DNA of 38,499 nucleotides from the UHGV virus genome UHGV-2201310. One strand, given 5' to 3'. Under the pieces are notes generated by a model. The model was given only the letters and a program-made list of their open reading frames with translations, had not been told where the DNA came from and searched no databases. The stretch comes from a virus. Within the stretch, counting starts at the first letter, position 1; each line of letters opens with the position of its first letter. Shown here in pieces: positions 1 to 9,126 of this stretch. The position numbers and the translations under genes were made by a program.

Positions 1-1254
1 ATGCTGGAACAAATGGGCATTGCCGCGAAGCAAGCCTCGTATAAATTAGCGCAACTCTCCAGCCGCGAAAAAAATCGTGTGCTGGAAAAAATCGCCGATG
101 AACTGGAAGCACAAAGCGAAAGCATCCTCAACGCTAACGCACAGGATGTTGCAGACGCGCGTGCCAATGGCCTTAGCGAAGCGATGCTTGACCGTCTGGC
201 ACTGACGCCCGCACGGCTGAAAGGCATTGCCGACGATGTGCGCCAGGTGTGCAATCTCGCCGATCCGGTGGGGCAGGTAATCGATGGCGGCGTACTGGAC
301 AGCGGCCTGCGTCTTGAGCGTCGTCGCGTACCGCTGGGGGTGATTGGTGTGATTTATGAAGCGCGCCCGAACGTGACGGTTGATGTTGCTTCCCTGTGCC
401 TGAAAACCGGTAACGCGGTGATCCTGCGCGGCGGCAAAGAAACCTGTCGCACTAACGCTGCAACGGTAGCGGTGATTCAGGACGCCCTGAAATCCTGCGG
501 CTTACCGGCGGGTGCCGTGCAGGCAATTGATAATCCTGACCGTGCGCTGGTCAGTGAAATGCTGCGTATGGATAAATACATCGACATGCTGATCCCGCGC
601 GGTGGGGCTGGTTTGCATAAACTGTGCCGCGAGCAGTCGACAATCCCGGTGATCACAGGCGGTATAGGCGTATGCCATATTTACGTTGATGAAAGCGCAG
701 AGATCGCTGAAGCCCTGAAAGTAATTGTCAACGCGAAAACTCAGCGTCCGAGCACGTGTAATACGGTAGAAACGTTGCTGGTGAATAAAAACATCGCTGA
801 TAGCTTCCTGCCCGCATTAAGCAAACAAATGGCGGAAAGCGGCGTGACGTTACACGCTGATGCAGCCGCGCTGGCGCAGTTGCAGGCAGGCCCCGCGAAG
901 GTGGTGGCTGTTAAAGCCGAAGAGTATGACGATGAGTTTCTGTCATTAGATTTGAACGTCAAAATCGTTAGCGATCTGGATGACGCCATTGCCCATATTC
1001 GTGAACACGGCACGCAACACTCCGATGCGATCCTGACCCGCGATATGCGCAACGCCCAGCGTTTTGTTAACGAAGTGGATTCCTCCGCTGTTTACGTTAA
1101 CGCCTCTACGCGTTTTACCGACGGCGGCCAGTTTGGACTGGGGGCGGAAGTGGCGGTAAGCACACAAAAACTCCACGCGCGCGGCCCAATGGGGCTGGAA
1201 GCACTGACCACTTACAAGTGGATCGGCATTGGTGATTACACCATTCGTGCGTAA
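1..1254 (+). CDS. proA: gamma-glutamyl phosphate reductase (complete, 417 aa)
   Basis: Full-length ORF starting at base 1; translation matches E. coli ProA essentially along its whole length from memory. Confidence 0.95.
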   Translation: MLEQMGIAAKQASYKLAQLSSREKNRVLEKIADELEAQSESILNANAQDVADARANGLSEAMLDRLALTPARLKGIADDVRQVCNLADPVGQVIDGGVLDSGLRLERRRVPLGVIGVIYEARPNVTVDVASLCLKTGNAVILRGGKETCRTNAATVAVIQDALKSCGLPAGAVQAIDNPDRALVSEMLRMDKYIDMLIPRGGAGLHKLCREQSTIPVITGGIGVCHIYVDESAEIAEALKVIVNAKTQRPSTCNTVETLLVNKNIADSFLPALSKQMAESGVTLHADAAALAQLQAGPAKVVAVKAEEYDDEFLSLDLNVKIVSDLDDAIAHIREHGTQHSDAILTRDMRNAQRFVNEVDSSAVYVNASTRFTDGGQFGLGAEVAVSTQKLHARGPMGLEALTTYKWIGIGDYTIRA

Positions 1255-1368
1255 ATAAAACCGGGTGATGCAAAAGTAGCCATTTGATTCACAAGGCCAT
1301 TGACGCATCGCCCGGTTAGTTTTAACCTTGTCCACCGTGATTCACGTTCGTGAACATGTCCTTTCAGG

Positions 1369-1444
1369 GCCGATATAGCTCAGTTGGTAGAGCAGCGCAT
1401 TCGTAATGCGAAGGTCGTAGGTTCGACTCCTATTATCGGCACCA
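1369..1444 (+). tRNA. thrW: tRNA-Thr (anticodon CGT)
   Basis: 76-nt sequence GCCGATATAGCTCAGTTGGTAGAGC...GGTTCGACTCCTATTATCGGCACCA with cloverleaf arms, CGT anticodon loop and CCA end; thrW lies next to proA in E. coli. Confidence 0.9.
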
Positions 1445-1458
1445 TTTAAATCAATAAG
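1400..1458. other. prophage left junction (attL) at 3' end of thrW
   Basis: Integrase stop sits 15 bp after the tRNA 3' end; P22-type integrases target thrW. Exact core not delimitable without the other junction. Confidence 0.45.
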
Positions 1459-2619
1459 TTACCTCGCATTTAAGTAAACCACGTTCTCCTCTTGTGCCGT
1501 ATTTGTGCCATTGCGACTTATAATCGCATCGATTTTGCTCGCGTGCTCGGTGAGATGCCCGGCTGAAAGGTGGGCGTATCTTTGAACCATTTCGAGAGTT
1601 TCCCATCCTCCCATCTCTTTAAGTGCAAGAAGAGAGACACCGGACTGAACCAGCCAGCTTGCCCAGGTATGCCTCAGGTCATGGAAGCGGAAGTTGCTAA
1701 TGCCTGCCCGCTTTAACGCTCCCTTCCATGCCTTGTTGCTGTCGGTTCTCATCTTCCTTACCGCTGCTGTTTTTGTTCCGTCGCTTCGGTAGGCAGGTTT
1801 GGTGTGGACAAACACCCATCTCTTATGGAGACCCTGCTGTTTTCTTAATATCTGGCATGCGGTTTCGTTAAGAGGAACTCCGATCGCATTGCCAGCTTTT
1901 GTTTCATCAGGGTGCATCCATGCCATTTTCTTATCCAGATCGACCTGTGACCACTCAAGGTCTGTAACGTTGGAACGGCGAAGGCCTGTCGTGATTGCAA
2001 ACATGACCACAGGGAAGAAATGAGGAGCAATTTCTGCAAACAGGCGCTTCGATTCCTCCTCTGTAAGCCATCTGATTCGTCCATTCTTAACGCGTGGTGT
2101 TGATATTTTGGGCGCCCTGTCAAGCCATCCCCATTCAACAGCCATATTGAGAATAGCGCGAAGTATTGCCAGATGCCGCGTCTTCGTTCCTTTGCTTGCC
2201 AGCTTTGGTTTATACTCCGGCACTGGCTTGCCAAGCCGCAAACACCTGTCCCGGCTCATTTCCCAGTTCAGGCGATGGCGGCGGTTTTCCATCCCGTCTA
2301 CCGCCTCCATTATTTTTTCTGTTGTTATGTCTGAGAGAATGGTTTCTCTGAAGTGCAACATCCAGAACGATATAATGCTCTTGTCATCATCAATGGACTT
2401 CTTATCCGATTTCTCACGCAGCCACCGTATGCAGGCTTCCTTGAATAGCTTTTTCGGTGATTCCCCGAGATTTTTTACTCTCCACGCTTCTGCTTTTAGA
2501 CGATCGTGAAGTTCTTGCGCTTGCCTTTTGTCCGATGTTTCAAGAGAGCGTCTAACTCTTGATCCATCTGGCGCGACGAAATCGCAGTGCCACGTGCCAC
2601 CGCGTAGTTTGATTGACAT
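1459..2619 (-). CDS. int: tyrosine integrase (P22 Int-like)
   Basis: 386 aa; C-terminal HDLRHTWASWLVQ...GGWE..EMV.RYAHL catalytic motifs; strong AGGAGG RBS before ATG at 2619. Confidence 0.93.
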   Translation of the reverse strand: MSIKLRGGTWHCDFVAPDGSRVRRSLETSDKRQAQELHDRLKAEAWRVKNLGESPKKLFKEACIRWLREKSDKKSIDDDKSIISFWMLHFRETILSDITTEKIMEAVDGMENRRHRLNWEMSRDRCLRLGKPVPEYKPKLASKGTKTRHLAILRAILNMAVEWGWLDRAPKISTPRVKNGRIRWLTEEESKRLFAEIAPHFFPVVMFAITTGLRRSNVTDLEWSQVDLDKKMAWMHPDETKAGNAIGVPLNETACQILRKQQGLHKRWVFVHTKPAYRSDGTKTAAVRKMRTDSNKAWKGALKRAGISNFRFHDLRHTWASWLVQSGVSLLALKEMGGWETLEMVQRYAHLSAGHLTEHASKIDAIISRNGTNTAQEENVVYLNAR

Positions 2620-2843
2620 GCTTTAACCTCCTGCACATCAACCGCATTCACCGCGCTATTGTGTCTCACAGACTTAAGCGCCGCAATGCAGTCTGACTTG
2701 CAAATGCGATATGGGCTTTTAGGTTTATCTGGATTTATCTTTGCGGCCTGAAGTCGTCCACTTCGTATCCACTGCGTGATAGTGCCTTTGTCTACCTTCA
2801 GATACGACGCAGCTTCTTCACGAGTGAAGATTTCTTCTTCCAC
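2496..2843 (-). CDS. xis: excisionase (HTH, AlpA/Xis-like)
   Basis: 115 aa, GTG start with GGAG RBS; N-terminal HTH motif; immediately upstream of int and overlapping its 5' end. Confidence 0.7.
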   Translation of the reverse strand: MEEEIFTREEAASYLKVDKGTITQWIRSGRLQAAKINPDKPKSPYRICKSDCIAALKSVRHNSAVNAVDVQEVKACQSNYAVARGTAISSRQMDQELDALLKHRTKGKRKNFTIV

Positions 2844-2943
2844 TTGGAATCTCCATTTATTGAATTGGTATTATTGCGGTAGGTCTGGATATCATTGAGC
2901 AATGAACAGGCCTCACCGAGTGTGAGGCGGTGTTATTTCATGG

Positions 2944-3288
2944 TTAGTCCTTGCGTAGCTCGCTGATTCTTCTGTAAGTCTCTGGTGCTTTGTTTCCGTG
3001 TATCTTCATTTCCGACTTCAACAGAGCAACGAGGGAATCCCATTCGTTGAGGATTCCTTTGAATGCCGGAACGCGCTTTGCAACCTTGTCGAATGAAGCT
3101 CTGATTTCTGGAATCTGCTCAACAAGTGCAACGCATCGCCGGAAGTCTGCTGCGTCATGTGGAGCGCCGAAGTGATGACCATAGATATTCTTTTTCAGTC
3201 CACATGCGATTGAGGCAAGAGTTGCGCTACTGATGCCGACATCGCCAGTCGATTGCCATTTCAAAACCTTCATAGCCAAATCTGACAT
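2944..3288 (-). CDS. hypothetical protein (early-left accessory)
   Basis: ORF with GGAG RBS before ATG at 3288 (MSDLAMKV...); the longer track ORF start at 3315 lies inside a terminator hairpin. Confidence 0.5.
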   Translation of the reverse strand: MSDLAMKVLKWQSTGDVGISSATLASIACGLKKNIYGHHFGAPHDAADFRRCVALVEQIPEIRASFDKVAKRVPAFKGILNEWDSLVALLKSEMKIHGNKAPETYRRISELRKD

Positions 3289-3300
3289 TTCTTGTCTCCA

Positions 3301-3325
3301 ATAAAAAACCGCCATCAGGCGGCTT
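3301..3325 (-). terminator. rho-independent terminator (leftward operon)
   Basis: Minus-strand hairpin CCGCC-TGAT-GGCGG followed by TTTTTTATT. Confidence 0.4.
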
Positions 3326-3482
3326 GGTGTTCTTTCAGTTCTTCAATTCGAATATTGGTTACGTCTGCATGTGCTATCTGCGCCCATATCATCCAGTGGT
3401 CATAGCAGTCATTGATGTTCTCTGCTTCGATAACTCTGTTGAATGGCTCTCCATTCCATTCACCTGTCACCCGGAAGTGCAT
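3315..3482 (-). CDS. hypothetical small protein (55 aa)
   Basis: Short ORF MHFRVTGEWNGEPF... below the track length cutoff; stop falls in the terminator loop. Confidence 0.3.
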   Translation of the reverse strand: MHFRVTGEWNGEPFNRVIEAENINDCYDHWMIWAQIAHADVTNIRIEELKEHQAA

Positions 3483-3554
3483 TTATCATCTCCATAAAAC
3501 AAAACTCGCCGTAGCGAGTTCAGATAAAAGAAATCCCCGCAAATGCGAGGATTG

Positions 3555-3839
3555 TTATTCATTGCCGATATTCACCTTTATCGCGAACACTTTTACCGGT
3601 TTATCACCGAAGTGGGGATGTGTGATTGTCTTGATTTCATATCCGTCATACGGGACGTTAATTCTGCGGCTGGAGTCGTCGCGCTTCGGATATCCCCTTG
3701 TGATAATCAGGCGGTCATACTCCCGGAACATAATTCGCTTATTCCAGTAGTCATTATACAGGCGATACTCTTCCGTTTTCTCGCCTGACTTCATCTGGTC
3801 GAAATATTCACCGTTAACTGCCAGTTGAAGGTTAGCCAC
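3555..3839 (-). CDS. ASCH (PUA-like) domain protein
   Basis: 94 aa; N-terminal L.L.V....F..M.SG.KT.E.R pattern and C-terminal beta-strand region resemble ASCH/YqfB-type domains; GTG start. Confidence 0.55.
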   Translation of the reverse strand: MANLQLAVNGEYFDQMKSGEKTEEYRLYNDYWNKRIMFREYDRLIITRGYPKRDDSSRRINVPYDGYEIKTITHPHFGDKPVKVFAIKVNIGNE

Positions 3840-3841
3840 GG

Positions 3842-4357
3842 TTAACCCCCCTGCGGCGGTTCCGGTAGCGGCATCCAGTGGGTAATACTACCTGGATATA
3901 AAATCTTTGCTGGCCCCCAGTAGCCATCTGTATTAACACGCATAACCTCACAGCCATCAAAACCATCAGTTACAAGAACGTATTCATAAGGTTCCGGCAT
4001 CCTTTCGCTTACTGGAATCCAACCATCCGGAGTTGCCGGAGAGTTGCCATTTATATCGAAGTTTGGTTCTGCGTCCTGAACCAGGAGGATGTAACCATTC
4101 TTGGCAGTATCAAGTTCTAACGCCTCGGTGACGGTGCCGAAATAGCGATTACCTAAATCAGCATCACAAGTGCTTACATCAATGGAAACTTCCATGCCTT
4201 CGATTAATTCTGGCAAGTTGTAAGTTTGGCTTACAGGATCTGCTTCCAGTGATGCCAGTGCAATTCGTGCCAGTTCCATTTGTTCGCCACGAGTAAGTCC
4301 GTTTTCAAGCGGGGATTTAATGAACAATTCGATACGTTCTTTAGTGATAGTGCTCAT
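3842..4357 (-). CDS. DUF551-containing phage protein
   Basis: C-terminal ...THWMPLPEPP motif typical of DUF551; start at MSTITKE with AAGGAGAG RBS; start overlaps upstream gene stop. Confidence 0.6.
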   Translation of the reverse strand: MSTITKERIELFIKSPLENGLTRGEQMELARIALASLEADPVSQTYNLPELIEGMEVSIDVSTCDADLGNRYFGTVTEALELDTAKNGYILLVQDAEPNFDINGNSPATPDGWIPVSERMPEPYEYVLVTDGFDGCEVMRVNTDGYWGPAKILYPGSITHWMPLPEPPQGG

Positions 4358-4358
4358 A

Positions 4359-4910
4359 TCACTCTCCTTTGATGCGAATGCCTGTTGCAATGCTGTTTAT
4401 GATGCTGTCAGTGCATGGGGTAGAAAGCTGGGCATCTCCAGCAATTTTCATGACCTCAACATCTGCATATCGAATACCGAGGTGTATCAGACCGGCTATG
4501 CCTGACTTAAGCCGAGCATTTTCCATAAATAGAACTTTTGCCCGCTGTTTTTCTGCTTCAAGCTCAACGCGCAGCTTCCCTACCGTTAGCGCAATATCCT
4601 CGTTCTCCTGGTCGCGGCGTTTGATGTATTGCTGGTTTCTTTCCCGTTCATCCAGCAGCGCCAAGACGGTAGCGGGATTGGCTGCGGCGATGAATTCAGC
4701 ATTGGCCTGCTGTTCCATTTGGAAATCTTCATCGAAACCGCTTTCAGGATGCGCTCCTTCAATTCTGCAAATGGGAAGATATCCAACAACGTCACGATGA
4801 ATTAGCGCATCATCACAATCAAATCGGCTCTCTCCATATTCGAGCGACCACACACCACACGTTGCTTTCTCTGCCTTTTCACGCAGTGCCTGATAGTCAA
4901 TTTTGCTCAC
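4359..4910 (-). CDS. Ead/Ea22-like protein
   Basis: 183 aa beginning [17 protein letters not shown]..., coiled-coil middle; typical of Ea22-like prophage proteins; ATGA overlap with upstream gene. Confidence 0.6.
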   Translation of the reverse strand: MSKIDYQALREKAEKATCGVWSLEYGESRFDCDDALIHRDVVGYLPICRIEGAHPESGFDEDFQMEQQANAEFIAAANPATVLALLDERERNQQYIKRRDQENEDIALTVGKLRVELEAEKQRAKVLFMENARLKSGIAGLIHLGIRYADVEVMKIAGDAQLSTPCTDSIINSIATGIRIKGE

Positions 4911-5413
4911 TGGTTGCCCTCCTTCATAAAAATAATCCAGTGGGTCTTGTCACCCTTTCCTGTTCGTTGACCGATAACAGGCTTTCTGTCGGTCAGTGCC
5001 AATATTTGGCGAACAGGTATTTGCGTTTCATTCCATTTAAAAATCAGAACGCCGTATGGCCACAACACACGAAAGGCTTCTTTAAATCCCTGCCGCAAAT
5101 CATCACGCCAGGTATCTTTATTCAGCCGTCCATATTTCTTTCCCATCCAGGCGTTATCACCAACACGCTCAAGATGCGGAGGGTCGAATACAACAACCGG
5201 AAACGATGCGTCTGCAAATGGTAATGCACGAAAATCTGCTATCAGGTCAGGGCTAATTATCAGCCGTCGTCCATCACACAATGTGTGCTCTTCCTTTCTG
5301 ATATCGCTAAATATCGCCCGGTCGTCCTTCTTATCGAACCAGAACATGCGACTGCCACAGCACATGTCGAGGATTGCTGCATGTCCAGTCACTGGTTGCC
5401 TCCTTTGCGCCAC
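4907..5413 (-). CDS. small SAM-dependent DNA methyltransferase (phage Dam-like)
   Basis: 168 aa; motif I-like DMCCGSR and motif IV-like FDPPH in that order (gamma arrangement), no obvious target-recognition domain. Confidence 0.55.
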   Translation of the reverse strand: MAQRRQPVTGHAAILDMCCGSRMFWFDKKDDRAIFSDIRKEEHTLCDGRRLIISPDLIADFRALPFADASFPVVVFDPPHLERVGDNAWMGKKYGRLNKDTWRDDLRQGFKEAFRVLWPYGVLIFKWNETQIPVRQILALTDRKPVIGQRTGKGDKTHWIIFMKEGNQ

Positions 5414-5556
5414 ATCGCATTCAGATATTTGTTTTGATTCACTGATGGAAAAGAATTTCTCTTAAGCAATTCCTCTCTCGATGGCATTGGCTTTACGCGT
5501 TGGCGAATAATCATTTCTGCCGGAAGAATGCCTGGATTGTATGCAAGTCCTCTCAT
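5389..5556 (-). CDS. hypothetical small protein
   Basis: Start chosen at MRGLAYNPG (GAGGA RBS); longer track ORF would overlap upstream gene extensively. Confidence 0.3.
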   Translation of the reverse strand: MRGLAYNPGILPAEMIIRQRVKPMPSREELLKRNSFPSVNQNKYLNAMWRKGGNQ

Positions 5557-5566
5557 GGTAAATTCC

Positions 5567-5863
5567 TCAGTCATTACTGATAGCGCCATAGCGTGAGCGG
5601 TAATTACGCAGGCGCGGGTCGATATATTCAGGGAAGTGGGTATATGTGGCTTTGCGGAATGGTCGGATTGATGTCTGGTAAATTCGCTCGCGCTCTTCTT
5701 TCTCTGCAAGCCATATACAATGGCGAAATTCCTTTTCCTCTTTCGTTTCCTGCGGTAGCGACATTATCCGATCGTAGTTTTTTCTGAATTTATCCAGCAC
5801 CTCCGATACGGAATTGCCGGAACAGCGGCGCGCGTCGTCCGCACCATACAGAGGCGCTGGCAT
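5567..5863 (-). CDS. hypothetical protein
   Basis: 98 aa ORF with AGGAG RBS 7 nt before ATG. Confidence 0.5.
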   Translation of the reverse strand: MPAPLYGADDARRCSGNSVSEVLDKFRKNYDRIMSLPQETKEEKEFRHCIWLAEKEERERIYQTSIRPFRKATYTHFPEYIDPRLRNYRSRYGAISND

Positions 5864-5876
5864 GATTTTCTCCTGA

Positions 5877-6383
5877 TTAAATTGCGTGAATAGCGTGACG
5901 AGGGAAGGGGAGAGTTACTGGTGCAAAGGGTATATCGTCGTCAAAATCCATCGGAGGTTCGTTGTGTTGTGCTGGTGATGATTGCTGCTGTGGTTTCTGT
6001 GATTGCCTGCTGGCTGCTTGTTGTTTGCTGTCGCCAATGCCGCCAAGCATTTGCATCACGCCATTAATTCCGACATGAACCTCGGTTGTGTAACGGTCTT
6101 GCCCTGACTGGTCTTTCCACTTTCTGGTTCTCAGCATTCCCTCGAAATAAATCTGATCACCTTTTTTCACATACTGCCCCACGACCTCAGCCAGTTTCCC
6201 GGATACAGCAACACGATGCCATTCAGTCAATTCCTTTTGCTCGCCAGTATTTTTATCTCGCCATTGTTCTGACGTGGCTATTGTCAGGTTAGCGAACGCT
6301 GTTCCTGATGGTGAGTATCGAACTTCCGGGTCTTGTCCTACCCGACCAAGGATAATCACCTTATTTATCCCGCGAGAACTCAT
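5877..6383 (-). CDS. ssb: single-stranded DNA-binding protein with C-terminal extension
   Basis: [23 protein letters not shown]... OB fold, Gly/Gln-rich linker, acidic [10 protein letters not shown] motif; ORF continues 15 codons ([15 protein letters not shown]) past the canonical terminal F. Confidence 0.9.
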   Translation of the reverse strand: MSSRGINKVIILGRVGQDPEVRYSPSGTAFANLTIATSEQWRDKNTGEQKELTEWHRVAVSGKLAEVVGQYVKKGDQIYFEGMLRTRKWKDQSGQDRYTTEVHVGINGVMQMLGGIGDSKQQAASRQSQKPQQQSSPAQHNEPPMDFDDDIPFAPVTLPFPRHAIHAI

Positions 6384-6847
6384 TTGCTCCACCTCTTGCC
6401 AGTTTTTATGTTGCTTATAATTGATTGAGATACACCCATGTCTTTTGCTATCTTGTACTGACTCTCTTTTTCAGAGAGTCTTTTCCTAATTTCTATAACC
6501 TGCCACTCTGTTAATTTTGCACCATGATGAGCATGACCTTTCTTGGCTCCACGATGCCTTCCTTTTGCTATCTTGTCGTCCATGTTTTCTTGCGCGCTAC
6601 CTAAAAAGAGATGTTCAGGATTAACGCAGCATGGGTTATCGCATTTGTGGCAAACCATCTTCCCAGATGGAATGGGGGAGTGATAAAGCTCAAAAGCAAC
6701 CCGATGAGAAAGCATTGTTACGCCAAAGGCTACAAATTTTGTGTATCCTCCTTTGTTTTTTGAATAGGTAGACTCCCAGCAACCTGTTGTTTCATTAACT
6801 TTGTAGCTGGACTCGAATCTTTTAATAATTCCGTCCAAGTGAGACAT
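6380..6847 (-). CDS. HNH homing endonuclease
   Basis: 155 aa with [18 protein letters not shown] motif and basic C-terminal DNA-binding tail; sits between recombinase and ssb. Confidence 0.85.
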   Translation of the reverse strand: MSHLDGIIKRFESSYKVNETTGCWESTYSKNKGGYTKFVAFGVTMLSHRVAFELYHSPIPSGKMVCHKCDNPCCVNPEHLFLGSAQENMDDKIAKGRHRGAKKGHAHHGAKLTEWQVIEIRKRLSEKESQYKIAKDMGVSQSIISNIKTGKRWSK

Positions 6848-7555
6848 TTATGCCGCCTGTTTTAGTTCGTTAACTCTGATGTTCATTACCTGAACGCATT
6901 TAGCCTGCGCTTCCTCGTTGCCAGCCATTAATTGCCAGTCACGCTGATAACGCTCGATGAGTTTTTTCTTGTCAGTTTCTGTTGACGCATAATCGCTGAA
7001 GTCTTTCAGGATTTGTTCGCAGTCAACCGATGGAGATTTCTGGTTGGTATTTTCTGGTGATGGTTTGTTATCTGATGCTGGGATTGCCCATCCCGGCAGC
7101 GATGGAGGGAGCCAGTAAAATCCTGTTCCATCCTTGAGTTTTGCCCTGTGCCATCCCTGCTTTTTATCGAGAGATGTTTGTGCAAAACCTTCCTCAAGGT
7201 TATACAGATACCGACCGATTCCCCACTGAACGGCAGCGCGCTTCATTGCACCGGAACGACCACCTTTGACGGCTTCTACCTGCGTGTTTTCAGCGGCATC
7301 CCATTTGGTTACCCATTCGGAATCAATCTTGATTGATATGCCGCATTCAACTCCGCCGTTGTTGGGAATATCGCGGTATTCATTGCGCCATCCTGCTTTG
7401 CCGCAAACATCGTCCAGGCGCTTCATGATTGCCCGGTTCGTGACATAAGCCAGCACCATAGCCCACACCTTGCCATCGCGTGTTTTACCGCTTTGCTGTA
7501 TTCGCCATTCGATATCTTCAGGGCTGAATGGCTCATCGAATTTGTTCAAATCCAT
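6848..7555 (-). CDS. single-strand annealing recombinase (Rad52/Sak-like N-terminus, Erf-like C-terminus)
   Basis: 235 aa; position equals P22 erf; C-terminal ...ETDKKKLIERYQRDWQLMAGNEEAQAKCVQVMNIRVNELKQ resembles Erf C-terminus as I recall it; GAGGTG RBS. Confidence 0.65.
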   Translation of the reverse strand: MDLNKFDEPFSPEDIEWRIQQSGKTRDGKVWAMVLAYVTNRAIMKRLDDVCGKAGWRNEYRDIPNNGGVECGISIKIDSEWVTKWDAAENTQVEAVKGGRSGAMKRAAVQWGIGRYLYNLEEGFAQTSLDKKQGWHRAKLKDGTGFYWLPPSLPGWAIPASDNKPSPENTNQKSPSVDCEQILKDFSDYASTETDKKKLIERYQRDWQLMAGNEEAQAKCVQVMNIRVNELKQAA

Positions 7556-7642
7556 AATTCACCTCAGAATGGACATGGCCCAAGGAAATAACGCTGATTT
7601 AATACTTCAGTCTTTGCCGCATTCAAAAATACGCGAACACCT

Positions 7643-7813
7643 TCACGATCTCCCTTCTGGCGATACATTAACGCCTGCTGAGTGTACATGCGTCTCTGTA
7701 ACTTGCTCTCCTTCACTGTGGTTGCAAGTGACATGCATATCTCCTTCGTTACCGATTAATTCTTTCATCTGACGAATGAATTCTTTGTCTGACCAGTTAT
7801 CTGTAAAACTCAT
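7643..7813 (-). CDS. hypothetical small protein (56 aa)
   Basis: Start MSFTDNWSDKEF... coupled by ATGA overlap to kil stop. Confidence 0.4.
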   Translation of the reverse strand: MSFTDNWSDKEFIRQMKELIGNEGDMHVTCNHSEGEQVTETHVHSAGVNVSPEGRS

Positions 7814-7962
7814 TTCCTGCGATACCACGGAAGGTTGATAGCTGATTTCATCGCTTTATTTGCTTCAAGCCACATTTTTGAATCACCAATAAATCGGGCT
7901 ATTACTGCTTTGTTTTGTGCAGCACGAAGCATCTGGTGATTGATGGCTATTTCATTGCGCAT
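7810..7962 (-). CDS. kil: Kil-like host division inhibitor
   Basis: 50 aa ORF MRNEIAINHQMLRAAQNKAVIARFIGDSKMWLEANKAM... resembles lambda Kil (..TFIGDEKMFREA..); located just downstream of cIII as in lambda. Confidence 0.5.
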   Translation of the reverse strand: MRNEIAINHQMLRAAQNKAVIARFIGDSKMWLEANKAMKSAINLPWYRRK

Positions 7963-8081
7963 AACGCCTCCAGTTGTTTCTTTGCTGCTCTGATTAATTG
8001 TTTAACTCGGCGTGATAATTCAGATTCGTGCGGGTAGAAAGCGGACATGACGCCGCTACCCGCGAGCTGAAAGTGCATCAT
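7947..8081 (-). CDS. cIII: CIII-like protease (FtsH) inhibitor
   Basis: 44 aa MMHFQLAGSGVMSAFYPHESELSRRVKQLIRAAKK... similar in pattern to lambda CIII; AAGGAG RBS 7 nt upstream. Confidence 0.5.
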   Translation of the reverse strand: MMHFQLAGSGVMSAFYPHESELSRRVKQLIRAAKKQLEALCAMK

Positions 8082-8142
8082 GGGTAACTCCTTATATTTG
8101 ATTGCATAACGAAAACGCCTCGAGTGAAGCGTTATTGGTATG

Positions 8143-8171
8143 CATATAAAAAGGCCCTCACATTGGAGGGC
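8143..8171 (-). terminator. rho-independent terminator in pL operon (tL-type)
   Basis: Minus-strand hairpin GCCCTC-CAATGT-GAGGGC followed by CTTTTTA. Confidence 0.4.
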
Positions 8172-8264
8172 AAAGAAGATTTCCAATAATCAGAACAAGT
8201 CGGCTCCTGTTTAGTTACGAGCGACATTGCTCACATAGCAGACTCGTAAATCTGCTATAGGCGC

Positions 8265-8426
8265 TTATTCGCATCGCATGACAACATCAAATTTTTCGAG
8301 ATTACTTTGTCGCAACAATCCTTCTTCTACGCGGTCAGCTTTTCTATAATTATCAAATTCGAAATGTTTAATTACTTCTTTTGTTCCTCGCTCTATAACT
8401 TCAACAATGTATTTCTTATTCATCAT
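8265..8426 (-). CDS. hypothetical small protein (53 aa)
   Basis: MMNKKYIVEVIERGTKEVIKHFEF...; ATGA overlap with upstream gene stop; below track cutoff. Confidence 0.35.
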   Translation of the reverse strand: MMNKKYIVEVIERGTKEVIKHFEFDNYRKADRVEEGLLRQSNLEKFDVVMRCE

Positions 8427-8719
8427 TCTTCCCCAAGAGCTTTTCTGATTGCTGCAAGACCTTTATTAACAGCTCCATACCATTCTGGATATGTTGTCGT
8501 TGTTCTATTTTTGGTTTGCTTAAGTAATAACTGAAGTGCTTCGAGAAGGTCAGGTGCTGCCGCTATTAGATTGGCATCTTCAATGCATTGAACTTCCTCA
8601 CAGATTGCAATATACGAACGCCAGCCTGCGCCATTTTCAAGTGAGTCTGCCTGGATGATTTTAATCTCATCGCCATCCATCATTATTTCCCACTTACCTT
8701 TAGTACCTTTAAATTCCAT
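8423..8719 (-). CDS. hypothetical protein (98 aa)
   Basis: ORF with GAGG RBS; no recognisable family. Confidence 0.5.
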   Translation of the reverse strand: MEFKGTKGKWEIMMDGDEIKIIQADSLENGAGWRSYIAICEEVQCIEDANLIAAAPDLLEALQLLLKQTKNRTTTTYPEWYGAVNKGLAAIRKALGEE

Positions 8720-8740
8720 GTTAGCCTCTGTTGTTTATGC

Positions 8741-8767
8741 CAAAAATAAAGGCCGAGTATGCGGCCT
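8741..8767 (-). terminator. rho-independent terminator in pL operon
   Basis: Minus-strand hairpin AGGCCG-CATACT-CGGCCT followed by TTATTTTTG. Confidence 0.45.
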
Positions 8768-8808
8768 GTGATGTTAGATTTACTTTCATTTTTGAACGGC
8801 AGCTACAA

Positions 8809-9072
8809 TTATGATGGAATGTACAAAACCACTTTCCAGTTCATAGAAGTGGATGATGGCATAAAATAATCCCACGACTCGTTAGCTACTAACTCTTTAT
8901 TAACTGTGGTGGCAGCAATTTCGGCACCACCTTTATTATTAAAAATGTCGTTCGAACACTGACATTTTCCATCTGCATGCACATATAAAATATCATATGT
9001 CTCTGTATCGTAATCACCACTTATGTCTCTGATAACAATTCCTGGCTTCAATGATTTAATTTTCTTGTCCAT
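8809..9072 (-). CDS. hypothetical protein (87 aa)
   Basis: ORF with GAGGTG RBS 5 nt before ATG; no recognisable family. Confidence 0.5.
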   Translation of the reverse strand: MDKKIKSLKPGIVIRDISGDYDTETYDILYVHADGKCQCSNDIFNNKGGAEIAATTVNKELVANESWDYFMPSSTSMNWKVVLYIPS

Positions 9073-9126
9073 ATATCACCTCAAATAAGTTGTTTGCCGC
9101 GAAAGTAAATACGCTTAAGTTACCTG

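Noticed and set aside
2496-2619. 124-nt overlap between xis 3' end and int 5' end as a possible frameshift or pseudogene
   Set aside because: Both ORFs are full length with intact motifs and good RBSs; xis-int overlap is normal in lambdoid phages.
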